Assembly: GCA_964600165.1 (NCBI GenBank)
Contig: CAZRIP010000005.1
Coordinates: forward strand, 48 to 64,047
From: an uncultured Elusimicrobia bacterium
GTDB taxonomy: Bacteria; Elusimicrobiota; Elusimicrobia; UBA1565; UBA9628
Direction: 5' to 3'
Length of the DNA: 64,000 bases
Position numbers and translations under genes: made by a program. The notes beneath the pieces were generated by a model. The model was not told the origin of the DNA. It made no database searches and saw only the letters and a program-made list of their open reading frames with translations. Positions 1 to 8,174 of the stretch are shown here, piece after piece (the first letter of the stretch is position 1; the number at the start of each line of letters is the position of its first letter).

Positions 1-1
1 C

Positions 2-619
2 GCCGGCGCGTTCCACGATCCGGCCGCCGTCGTCTGCGACGCGGCGCTTCTTTCGCGCCTTCCGCCCGCCGAGCGCGCGGCGGGCTTGGCCGAGGCGCTC
101 AAGATCGGCCTCGTCTTCGAGCCCGCGCTCTGGCGCGCGATCAGCGGGAACTGGCTTTCGCTCGCGGCCGGGCGCGCGCCGGAACTGCTCGAGAACGTCG
201 TGCGGCGCACGGCGGTTTGGAAGCTCAAGGTCGTCGCGCGCGATCCTTTAGAAAAAGCCGGAGCGCGCGAGCTGCTCAATTTCGGGCACACGATCGGGCA
301 CGCGTTCGAGTCGGCGGCGGGGTACGGCCGGCTGCGCCACGGCGAGGCCGTCGTCTGGGGCCTTCGCGCCGCGGTCCGGCTGTCGACGGTCCTCGCGGGG
401 CTTCCTTTAAAGGAAGCCGACGCCGTCGAGGGCTTCCTCGAGAAGATCTCCGTGCCGCTGCCGCGGCTGTCCGCCGACCGCGTGCTGGCGGCGGCGGCCA
501 AGGACAAGAAGGCGCGCGCCGGCGTCCTGCGCTTCGTGCTGCTGCGCGCGTTGGGAAAGCCGGTCACGCGGCCCGTCGACGCGCGGCTCGTCCGCAAGGT
601 CGTGGAGGACCTGCTATGA
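2..619 (+). CDS. aroB: 3-dehydroquinate synthase, C-terminal portion (5' end lies outside window)
   Basis: Translation contains the AroB metal-binding region [11 protein letters not shown] and the GEAVVWG motif. Reading frame is open to the window edge. The stop overlaps the next start (ATGA). Confidence 0.8.
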   Translation, partial: AGAFHDPAAVVCDAALLSRLPPAERAAGLAEALKIGLVFEPALWRAISGNWLSLAAGRAPELLENVVRRTAVWKLKVVARDPLEKAGARELLNFGHTIGHAFESAAGYGRLRHGEAVVWGLRAAVRLSTVLAGLPLKEADAVEGFLEKISVPLPRLSADRVLAAAAKDKKARAGVLRFVLLRALGKPVTRPVDARLVRKVVEDLL

Positions 620-1038
620 AGATCCTGGTGCTGCACGGTCCGAACTTGAACCTGCTCGGCGAGCGCGAGCCCGAGGTCTACGGGACGACGACGCTCGCCC
701 AGCTCAACGCGCGGCTGCGCGCCCACGCGCGGCGGAAGAAGATCGCGCTTAAGATCTTCCAATCGAACTCGGAAGGGCGCCTGATCGACTTGATCCACGC
801 CCACCGCAAGTGGGCCGACGGGTTGGTGTTCAACCCCTGCGCCTACACGCACTACTCCTACGCGCTGCGCGACGCCGTCGCCGGCGCGCAGCTCCCGACG
901 ATCGAGGTCCATCTCTCGAACATCAAAAAACGCGAGCCGTTCCGCAGGATCTCCGTGATCGCGCCGGTCTGCTTGAGGCAGATCTCCGGCAAGGGCGTCC
1001 GCGGCTACCTCGAGGCGATCGACCGTCTCAGCGCTTAG
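616..1038 (+). CDS. aroQ: type II 3-dehydroquinate dehydratase
   Basis: 140 aa beginning [23 protein letters not shown] and containing the HLSN and HxR motifs typical of AroQ. Translationally coupled to aroB. Confidence 0.85.
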   Translation: MKILVLHGPNLNLLGEREPEVYGTTTLAQLNARLRAHARRKKIALKIFQSNSEGRLIDLIHAHRKWADGLVFNPCAYTHYSYALRDAVAGAQLPTIEVHLSNIKKREPFRRISVIAPVCLRQISGKGVRGYLEAIDRLSA

Positions 1039-1130
1039 GTCACTCGGCGGGCGCCTGGGCCTTGAGGTCTCTCAATGGTCCGGGGCTTTTACGCCCGCGG
1101 GCTGGCGCGGCGAGAGGACGGACTGCGGCG

Positions 1131-1159
1131 TTGACAAAAGCGGACTCTCCGGGAATAAT
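1131..1159 (+). promoter_or_regulatory. sigma70-like promoter: TTGACA, 17-bp spacer, AATAAT, ending 6 nt before the moxR ATG (leaderless or near-leaderless transcript)
   Basis: Hexamers read directly from the sequence: TTGACA at 1131-1136 and AATAAT at 1154-1159. The ATG is at 1166. Confidence 0.4.
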
Positions 1160-1165
1160 GGGGGG

Positions 1166-2122
1166 ATGAAAGACTCCGCGGTGGCCGGGCGCGCCGGCGA
1201 GAAAATCGCGGCGCTGACCTCGAGCATCGGCTCGGTGTTCGTCAGCAAGCCCGAGGTCGTGCAGCTGACGGCGGCGACGCTCGTCGCGCGGGGCCATCTT
1301 CTCATCGAGGACGTCCCGGGCATCGGCAAGACCCTGCTCGGCGTGGCGCTCGCCCGCGCGATCGACGCCTCCTTTAGGCGCATCCAATTCACCAACGACC
1401 TGCTTCCATCCGACATCCTCGGGCTGTCGGTCTTCAACCAGCGCGAGACGCAGTTCGAGTTCAAGCCGGGGCCGATCTTCTCGCACGTGATCCTCGCCGA
1501 CGAGATCAACCGCTCGACGCCGAAGACCCAGTCCGCGCTGCTCGAGGCCATGAACGACGGGCAGGTGACGATCGACGGCAAGACGCACGTCCTGCCCTCG
1601 CCCTTCTTGGTGATCGCGACGCAAAACCCGGTCGAGTATCACGGCACCTTCCCGCTGCCGGAGGCGCAGCTCGACCGTTTCCTCATGCGCGTGCAGATCG
1701 GCTATCCCTCGGCCGAGGACGCCAAGAAGATCTTGCGCGAGAAGGACCTCGCCGGCCAGGTCAAGGCGATGAAGCCGGCCTTGACCAAGGACGAGGTGCA
1801 AAGCCTGCAGGACTCAGCCGAGGAGGTCGGCGTGGAGGAAGACATCCTCGATTACATCGTGCGGATCGCCGAGGCCACGCGCGAGGACAAGCGCTTCAAG
1901 CTCGGGCTCTCGCCGCGCGGCGCCCTGGCGCTGTGCCGCGCGGCCAAGGCCTACGCGCTCGTCGCCGGGCGCGGCTATTGCGTGCCCGATGACGTCAAGG
2001 CGGTGCTGGTGCCCGTGGCCGCGCACCGCGTCGTTCTCGATAGTTCTTTATACGGCGTCGCGCGCATCGCTGAATCCGAGGAGGCCGTCTCCTCGGTGCT
2101 GCGCGGCGTGCGCGCGCCTTAA
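1166..2122 (+). CDS. moxR: MoxR-family AAA+ ATPase
   Basis: Walker A GIGKT, then ADEINRSTPKTQSALLEAM and VIATQNP motifs, characteristic of MoxR/RavA ATPases. Confidence 0.9.
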   Translation: MKDSAVAGRAGEKIAALTSSIGSVFVSKPEVVQLTAATLVARGHLLIEDVPGIGKTLLGVALARAIDASFRRIQFTNDLLPSDILGLSVFNQRETQFEFKPGPIFSHVILADEINRSTPKTQSALLEAMNDGQVTIDGKTHVLPSPFLVIATQNPVEYHGTFPLPEAQLDRFLMRVQIGYPSAEDAKKILREKDLAGQVKAMKPALTKDEVQSLQDSAEEVGVEEDILDYIVRIAEATREDKRFKLGLSPRGALALCRAAKAYALVAGRGYCVPDDVKAVLVPVAAHRVVLDSSLYGVARIAESEEAVSSVLRGVRAP

Positions 2123-2125
2123 GCC

Positions 2126-5038
2126 GTGCGTCCGACCCGGCTCGGCGCGGGGGCGGCGGCGATGGCCTTCCTGACGCTTCTCGCGGCGGCCTCGACGGGC
2201 AACAACCTGCTCTATCTCCTCTACGGCGCGACGACGGCGGCGCTCTTGATCTCGGCCGTCGCGGGGCGCTGGAACTTGCGCGGGCTGCGCGTCTCCCTCG
2301 ACGCCGCTCAGGCCTTTCGCGGGCGCGATTTTCCGCTGAGCGTGCGCGTCGAGAACCCGCGGCGCTTTTCCGCGCGCGGCGTGGTCGTCAGCTGGGGCGA
2401 GCGGCGCGCGCGGCTGGGCGCGCTGCCCGGCGGAGGACGCGCCGCGGGGCGGCTCTCGTGCGCGGCGCCGCATCGCGGCCGCAACCGCCTCGAAGGCCTC
2501 GCGCTCGAGAGCGTCTTCCCCTTCGGGTTGCTGCGGCACCGGGCGCCGATCCGAGACGCCGTCGTCGTCGCGCTGCCGCAGACGTCGCCGGCCCGCTCCG
2601 AGGCCGAGCTTTCGGCCGACGCCGAGCCGTCCGGCCGCCCCGGCGTGCGGCGCGGGCGCGGCGAGGAGCTTTTCGGCGTGCGCGCCTACGACCCCGGCGA
2701 CGAGGCGCGGGTCATCAATTGGAAGCTCTCGGCGCGCGCGGGAAAGCTGCTCGTCAACGAGTACTGCGAGGCCGGACCCGCGCACGTGACGGTGCGCGCC
2801 GCGGGCGGGCGCGGAGCGGCGGCGGAGAAGGCGATCGAGGCCGCGGCTACGGCCTGCCGTTTCTACAGCGACGGCGGCGCGGCCGTCGAGCTCGTGACGC
2901 CGCAGGAGCGCATCGGCCCGGCGCGCGGGCTGCGCCATCTCGACCGCATGCTCCAGGCCCTCGCGCTGCTCGGGGAAGGGGCGAGCGAGAGGCCGGCGCC
3001 GGCCCCGGCCGAGCCGCCGGAGCCCGAGGCCGAGGACGGCGCGCTGCGCGCGCTGACTTTCGCGGGCCTCGTCTTTTCCTTCGCGGCGACCTTCTTGATC
3101 GACGAGATCAGCCCGCGGGTCTTGTGGACGCTCGCGCCCGTGCTGCCGCTCGGCTGGTGGGTGCAGCGGCGGGGCCGCTCGCCGCTGCCCGAGTGGCTGT
3201 GGCGGCTGATGTCCGTTTTCGCGCTGCTTTACCTCGTCACGTTCGACTGGCGCGTCTCGGGCGTGACCGTCGCCAACGCTCACCTGCTTCTCTATCTTCT
3301 GGCCAATCGCGCGCTGCATCCGCTTTCGCGCAAGGACTTGCCGCAGACGTTTTTGATCGAGTTCCTCGCGTTCTTCCTCGCGTCGGGCTTGACGATCAGC
3401 CTGTGGTATTTCGCGTTCTTCCTGGTCTACGTCGCCTTCGCCTCTTGGTGGCTGCTCGCGGCGGCGCGGCCCGGCGGCGCGGCGCGCGAAAAAGCGGGCG
3501 TCGTCGCAGTCCTCGCGGCGGCGGCGCTGCCTTTGACCGCGCTCGTTTTCGTCGCCACGCCGCGCGTCGAGGGCCTGCGCCGCATCAACCCCTTCCTCGC
3601 CGCGGGCATCGACAAGCTCTCGGTCGCGCCGTCCCAGTTCACCGGCTACACCGAGAACGTGACCCTGGGCTACTACGGCTTGCTCAAGAAATCGTCGGCG
3701 CGCGTCATGCAGCTGCGGCCCTTGGCCGCCGCGGACGCGCAGCGCCCAGCGAGCGTCTACGTCCGAGGCGCCGCTTATGACGTCTTCGCCGGCAACCGCT
3801 GGGGCCGCGCGCCGGGGGATTTCGCGTTCCGCATGCGGGGCCTGCGCTATCCGAGCCGGGGCGGCAGCGCCTGGGCCGTGCCGCGGGGCCGGGAGCTGTA
3901 CTTGCCGGCGCGACTCTCGGGCCGAAGCGAGGCTTACGACGTCATGATCTATCCGATGGGCTTGAACGTCGTGTTCTCCGTCGGGACGCCCTGGAAGATC
4001 GAGACCGAGCAGCCCGTGTCGCTCGACCACAACGGCAGCCTGCGCTTCGCCCAGCCTTACGGCGCGCGCGGCGCGCGCTACAAGATCCACGGCACCGACG
4101 CGGGCGGCGGGCTCGCTCTCGACTTATCGCCGGCGCAGCGCGCGGCGGCGCTCAGCCCCTTGAGCGCCGATCCGCGCGTGGCGCGGCTCGCGGCCAAAGC
4201 GACCGCGGGCGCGCGCGCCGAGCTCGACAAGATCGCGGCCGTCGAGATCTTTCTGCGGCGCGACTATCGTTATTCTCTTTTCGGCGACGAGTCCGGCCGC
4301 ACCTTGGAGGATTTTCTTTTCAAGACGCGCAGGGGCAACTGCGAGTTTTTCGCGACGGCGGGCGTCGCGCTCTTGCGGGCGTCCGGCGTCCCGTCGCGCC
4401 TGGCGACGGGCTTTCTCGCCTCCGATTGGAACGAGTACGGCCGCTTCTACGACGTCAGGCAGAGCGAGGCGCACGCCTGGGCCGAGGCGTTCGTGCCCGG
4501 TCGCGGCTGGGTGCTCGTCGATCCGACGCCGCCGCAGGGCGCGTTCTCGGCGGCCTTCGACGATCTCGGCCACAAGCTCTCGCGCTGGGCGGACGCGATG
4601 CAGGTGGAATGGTACCGCCACGTGATCGGCTACGACCAATACGTCCAAGGCAACACGTTCCGCCGGCTGAGCTTGGCGCTCTCGCCCAAGGCGCTCGCGC
4701 GCGGCCTGGGCTTTGGCGCGTGGGCGCTGGGCTTGGCCGCGCTCGGCGTCGTTTTGTGGGCCGCGGCGGGCGGCGCGGCCCGCCGGTCCAAGAAAAGAGC
4801 GCCGAGCCTTTGGGATCGCGCCGAGACGCTGCTCGCCAAGGCCGGTCTCGAGCGCTCGCCGTGGCTGACCGCGCGGGAGTTCTCGCGCTCGCTCGCGGCG
4901 CGCGGCGAGCCCGCGTTCACCGCGCTTCCGCTGCTCTCCGAGCTTCACTACGCCCAGGTCTACGCGCGGCGCGCGCTTTCGGCCGAAGAACGCGAGACGG
5001 CGGAAAGAATCCTCATGGAGCTCTCGCGCCGCCGATGA
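2126..5038 (+). CDS. fused DUF58 (vWA-like, MoxR partner) plus multi-pass membrane region plus transglutaminase-like cysteine protease domain
   Basis: The N-terminal DUF58 signature reads YDPGDEARVINWKLSARAGKLLVNEY. The central region holds hydrophobic helices. The C-terminal part has a transglutaminase core, GNCEFFATAG...HAWAEAF...VDPT, carrying the Cys, His and Asp residues. The start is GTG at 2126, with an alternative ATG at 2162. Confidence 0.8.
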   Translation: MRPTRLGAGAAAMAFLTLLAAASTGNNLLYLLYGATTAALLISAVAGRWNLRGLRVSLDAAQAFRGRDFPLSVRVENPRRFSARGVVVSWGERRARLGALPGGGRAAGRLSCAAPHRGRNRLEGLALESVFPFGLLRHRAPIRDAVVVALPQTSPARSEAELSADAEPSGRPGVRRGRGEELFGVRAYDPGDEARVINWKLSARAGKLLVNEYCEAGPAHVTVRAAGGRGAAAEKAIEAAATACRFYSDGGAAVELVTPQERIGPARGLRHLDRMLQALALLGEGASERPAPAPAEPPEPEAEDGALRALTFAGLVFSFAATFLIDEISPRVLWTLAPVLPLGWWVQRRGRSPLPEWLWRLMSVFALLYLVTFDWRVSGVTVANAHLLLYLLANRALHPLSRKDLPQTFLIEFLAFFLASGLTISLWYFAFFLVYVAFASWWLLAAARPGGAAREKAGVVAVLAAAALPLTALVFVATPRVEGLRRINPFLAAGIDKLSVAPSQFTGYTENVTLGYYGLLKKSSARVMQLRPLAAADAQRPASVYVRGAAYDVFAGNRWGRAPGDFAFRMRGLRYPSRGGSAWAVPRGRELYLPARLSGRSEAYDVMIYPMGLNVVFSVGTPWKIETEQPVSLDHNGSLRFAQPYGARGARYKIHGTDAGGGLALDLSPAQRAAALSPLSADPRVARLAAKATAGARAELDKIAAVEIFLRRDYRYSLFGDESGRTLEDFLFKTRRGNCEFFATAGVALLRASGVPSRLATGFLASDWNEYGRFYDVRQSEAHAWAEAFVPGRGWVLVDPTPPQGAFSAAFDDLGHKLSRWADAMQVEWYRHVIGYDQYVQGNTFRRLSLALSPKALARGLGFGAWALGLAALGVVLWAAAGGAARRSKKRAPSLWDRAETLLAKAGLERSPWLTAREFSRSLAARGEPAFTALPLLSELHYAQVYARRALSAEERETAERILMELSRRR

Positions 5039-6558
5039 AAAGAAGACTCGAGTCGGGAGCCCTCGTCTTCTGCGCCGTCTTCGCGGCGGCGCTGCTCGTC
5101 TACGGGCCGCTCTTCTTCGCGGCGGTCTTCGGAGACGACCCGCGCCTGCCGCATGACGTCCTGCGGGGCGTTCTCTCGACGCGGTATTTCGCCTTGACCG
5201 GGGAGGCGACCTATCAGCCGCTGGTCACGCTCCTCAACCACCTCACTCGCGGAGAGCCCGTCTTCTCCCGTCTGATTAGTATCCTCCTCCACGCGGTGAA
5301 CGCGCTGCTGCTGTGGGCGCTGGCGCGCCGCGCCGGCGTCGCTTCCAAAACCGCGCTCGCGGCGGCCGTGGCCTTCGCGGTCTTTCCGACGAACACGGAG
5401 ACCCTGGCCTTCTCGAGCTACAAGGGCCACGTGCTCGCCTTCGGCGCGGCCGAGGCCGCGGTCTTGTGCTGGGCGGCGATGCTCGAGTCCGCGGTTCCCG
5501 CGCCGTGGCTCGCCGGCGCGGCGGCGGCGCTGCTCTTCGGGCTTTTATGCAAAGAGTCGGCGCTCGTCGCGCTGCCGCTGTGCGCGGCGTGGTCGGTTTG
5601 CTTCGCGCGCGCGAAGCCGCGGAGACGTCAGTGGACGGGCGCGGCCGTCCTGGCGCTCGTCGCGTGGGCCTACCTCGTCTGGCGCTTCGGCGTCCTCGAG
5701 CCGGCCGACTTCGTCCGGCGCCCGATGCCCGGGCCGCTCGCCGTTCTCGGCTGGTATTTCAAGACGCTGCTTCTTCCCTATCCGCTTTGCCGCGAGCGCG
5801 TGTGGACGAGCGACACCGTCTGGGACGTGCTCGGGGCCGCGTATTTCGCGCTGCTTTGGGCCGCGCGCCGCAAGCCGCGCGCGCTTTTCGCCTCGCTTTG
5901 GATCGGCGCCTGCTGTCTTCCTTTCCTGAGGCTCGTGCCGTTCGCCGGCGACAACGCCGTGGCCGACCGCTTCGTCTACGGCGCCTCGGCGGGCTTCGCG
6001 CTGCTGGCGTCGCTGGCGCTGTCGCAGGGCCGCGGGCCGCTCGTTTTATACGGCCTGATCGCGCTGTGGGCGGGGGAGGGCGCGCGGCGCGACGTGCTCT
6101 ATACCTCGGCGCGCGCGTTCTGCGAGCAGACGGTCGCCTGCGCGCCGGATCATCCGCGCGCGCATGCGGCGCTCGCGCGGGAGATGATCGTCAGCGGAGA
6201 GTTCGAGCCGGGCAAGACCGAGGCGCTCAAGGCCCTCTCGTTGGACCCGAGGTCTCCCGGCGCTTACAATCTGCTGGGCGTATCCGAGTTCAATCTCGGC
6301 GACGCCGACGGAGCGCAGGACGCGCTCGACCACGCGCTCGTCTTCGATCCCGGCTCGGCCGAGGCGCGCAACAACATCGCCAACGTGCTGCTCGCGCGCG
6401 GGTTCGAGGACGAGGCGCTCGAAGACTACGAGATGGCCGCGCAGCTGCGGCCGGATTGGGACGCGCCGCGGCAGAAGGCGGAGGAATTACGCGCGAAGAT
6501 CGCGTCGGAGCCGAAGACCAGGACGCCGAGGCGCCGCCGCAGGCCTCGTCATCGCTGA
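5035..6558 (+). CDS. TPR-repeat-containing PMT/TMTC-like GT-C membrane glycosyltransferase (paralog 1)
   Basis: The ATG overlaps the upstream stop (ATGA). The N-terminal two thirds form a multi-pass membrane region with a loop YQPLVTLLNHLTRGE and a helix LLHAVNALLLWALARR. The C-terminus has TPR repeats. It is paralogous to 17210-18751. Confidence 0.7.
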   Translation: MKRRLESGALVFCAVFAAALLVYGPLFFAAVFGDDPRLPHDVLRGVLSTRYFALTGEATYQPLVTLLNHLTRGEPVFSRLISILLHAVNALLLWALARRAGVASKTALAAAVAFAVFPTNTETLAFSSYKGHVLAFGAAEAAVLCWAAMLESAVPAPWLAGAAAALLFGLLCKESALVALPLCAAWSVCFARAKPRRRQWTGAAVLALVAWAYLVWRFGVLEPADFVRRPMPGPLAVLGWYFKTLLLPYPLCRERVWTSDTVWDVLGAAYFALLWAARRKPRALFASLWIGACCLPFLRLVPFAGDNAVADRFVYGASAGFALLASLALSQGRGPLVLYGLIALWAGEGARRDVLYTSARAFCEQTVACAPDHPRAHAALAREMIVSGEFEPGKTEALKALSLDPRSPGAYNLLGVSEFNLGDADGAQDALDHALVFDPGSAEARNNIANVLLARGFEDEALEDYEMAAQLRPDWDAPRQKAEELRAKIASEPKTRTPRRRRRPRHR

Positions 6559-6644
6559 AGCGAACGTGTCTAGGATGGGGGGCGGACTTCGCGTGCCTGC
6601 AAGTAGAATGGCAAAGCTTCTAATCCCCTGTTACAATTCGTGGC

Positions 6645-7307
6645 ATGAGCTCAATTCCTGAGGAAATCGAAAGGATCGGCAAACAGTTGGTGGCGTGTGT
6701 AGACTGTTGCCTTGGCATCTGCCAAAAGCAAGCAGAAGGAATTTTGCCTCGGGGTCTTTTTCTTGAACGACCAAACAGCCCCGGTCGAGGATGCGTCGCA
6801 GTGGGGCTGAACCCCGGAATTTCATCAATCGAAGAAAGGGATTATTTCCGCAAGAATGGAACCTCCTACGATATGGTCAAAGCCCACCGTGAATCTATTA
6901 ATGGCATACCGTATTTTAAACGGACACGCCGCGTCATCGACCAACTGGGACTCAGTGGACCGATTCTTTGGTCCAACCTAGCAAAGTGTGAAAATTTAAA
7001 AGAGCGAAAACGGTTCACACCACCACTTCAGACACTGAGGCACTGTGCCAACAAGTTTCTGCTTCGGGAGTTGAAAATAGTTCCAAGAGATTGGGCCATT
7101 CTCGGGTTGGGCCGCGAAGCATTTCGCACACTTGCCTACATGCTCCCGGATCATGCCGTTCTGGGAATTCCGCATCCAACCGGAGCTAACCCAGAATACA
7201 GCAAGATGTTCGAGAATGATGCACTTCGCTCGGATTTGCGGAAGCGGGCGGAAAAAGCATGGGATAAATCAGAAGTAGCATGGTTGGGAACGGCCGGGAA
7301 CGGTTGA
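6645..7307 (+). CDS. uracil-DNA glycosylase superfamily protein (family-4-like scaffold with a MUG-like motif A), carried on a low-GC island
   Basis: Motif A reads GLNPG and motif B reads GIPHPTGANP. The family-4-like segment LWSNLAKCEN...PPLQTLRHC and an N-terminal Cys cluster CVDCCLGIC are present. The local GC is about 47% against about 70% in the flanks. Confidence 0.55.
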   Translation: MSSIPEEIERIGKQLVACVDCCLGICQKQAEGILPRGLFLERPNSPGRGCVAVGLNPGISSIEERDYFRKNGTSYDMVKAHRESINGIPYFKRTRRVIDQLGLSGPILWSNLAKCENLKERKRFTPPLQTLRHCANKFLLRELKIVPRDWAILGLGREAFRTLAYMLPDHAVLGIPHPTGANPEYSKMFENDALRSDLRKRAEKAWDKSEVAWLGTAGNG

Positions 7308-7345
7308 TGGTGGGAAAACTCCTGTTGTAGCGCGCCAGGAAATCG

Positions 7346-8128
7346 TCAATAGCTTTCCACGCAGTAAGATTTGCTCGCATCTGTCGCGCCACAGTAAATG
7401 AGATCTATCGCAAATTTTCCTTCCAAATAATAAAGATCTAGTAATGCCCTCTGGTCGTTTTGGCCCCGAAAAAGAACCGCGCCGCGTGGTCCAAGACAAT
7501 CGGTAACTTTCAGATAAGGACTAGGCTTGTCGAACTCCTCGGTGACTGCATAAGTTGAAGATAAATACTGTTGAGCATCATCCAATGCGTTACGGAAGTC
7601 CTGACAGTTGTCCGTAAACTCCTGAAGGTGGACGTAAAGAAGCTTATCTTTCACGGCGTCATCGACTGTTCGGATGGGGAAAAACGCGCTGAGTTCAGAG
7701 GGATGAAATCGCCCATATGCGAGCTTTTTGGATATTGGCCAGGATAAAAAGCCCGTTTGCGACGTTGCGGGCTTATCGCCAAGTGCTTTTCCGGTTTCGT
7801 TGCGCGACATTCCCATGGTCAGGTGAAATGGGAATTCTAATTGGATTTTTTCTGTCGTAGAAGTGGTCTTGTCTTCATGGGAACTTTTCCCGCAGCTTCC
7901 GACGATAAGAATGAGCCCCAGAATGGAAGCTAAGAGTGTGAGAGGAAGAACAATAAGCATCCCAACACCCAGTTTAACGCCGTCAAGAACGGTGTTTCCG
8001 GGCCTGTTTGATTGTGCGGGTTCGTTGGTACCGTGGATGTCGCGCTTGCAGAACCGACAAACGATCGCTTCGCGCCTTATCGTTTCAGCGCAGAACGGAC
8101 ATTTCTTGTTGCCGGTCGGAGCGTCCAC
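7346..8128 (-). CDS. hypothetical membrane protein with N-terminal zinc ribbon (CPFC...CRFC), one TM helix and a Cys-containing extracytoplasmic domain, on a low-GC island
   Basis: The ORF is 260 aa. It contains the CxxC-X13-CxxC motif and a hydrophobic segment GVGMLIVLPLTLLASILGLILIVG. The local GC is low. Confidence 0.5.
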   Translation of the reverse strand: MDAPTGNKKCPFCAETIRREAIVCRFCKRDIHGTNEPAQSNRPGNTVLDGVKLGVGMLIVLPLTLLASILGLILIVGSCGKSSHEDKTTSTTEKIQLEFPFHLTMGMSRNETGKALGDKPATSQTGFLSWPISKKLAYGRFHPSELSAFFPIRTVDDAVKDKLLYVHLQEFTDNCQDFRNALDDAQQYLSSTYAVTEEFDKPSPYLKVTDCLGPRGAVLFRGQNDQRALLDLYYLEGKFAIDLIYCGATDASKSYCVESY

Positions 8129-8174
8129 TTAAATTTGATCCCTATCCGGAACTAATTTTTAAGAAATAGTCCGA

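Noticed and set aside
2048-4090. Long minus-strand ORF (680 aa, Arg/Ala/Gly-rich) antisense to the DUF58-transglutaminase gene. Many similar ORFs exist elsewhere, for example 9523-11082 (+), 35619-37814 (-), 43294-45078 (+), 61639-63303 (+) and the numerous 100-400 aa Arg-rich ORFs.
   Set aside because: These are low-complexity R/A/G/P translations with no motifs. They always overlap, on the opposite strand or in an alternate frame, a gene that carries recognisable conserved domains. Open frames of this kind are expected on the antisense strand at about 70% GC.
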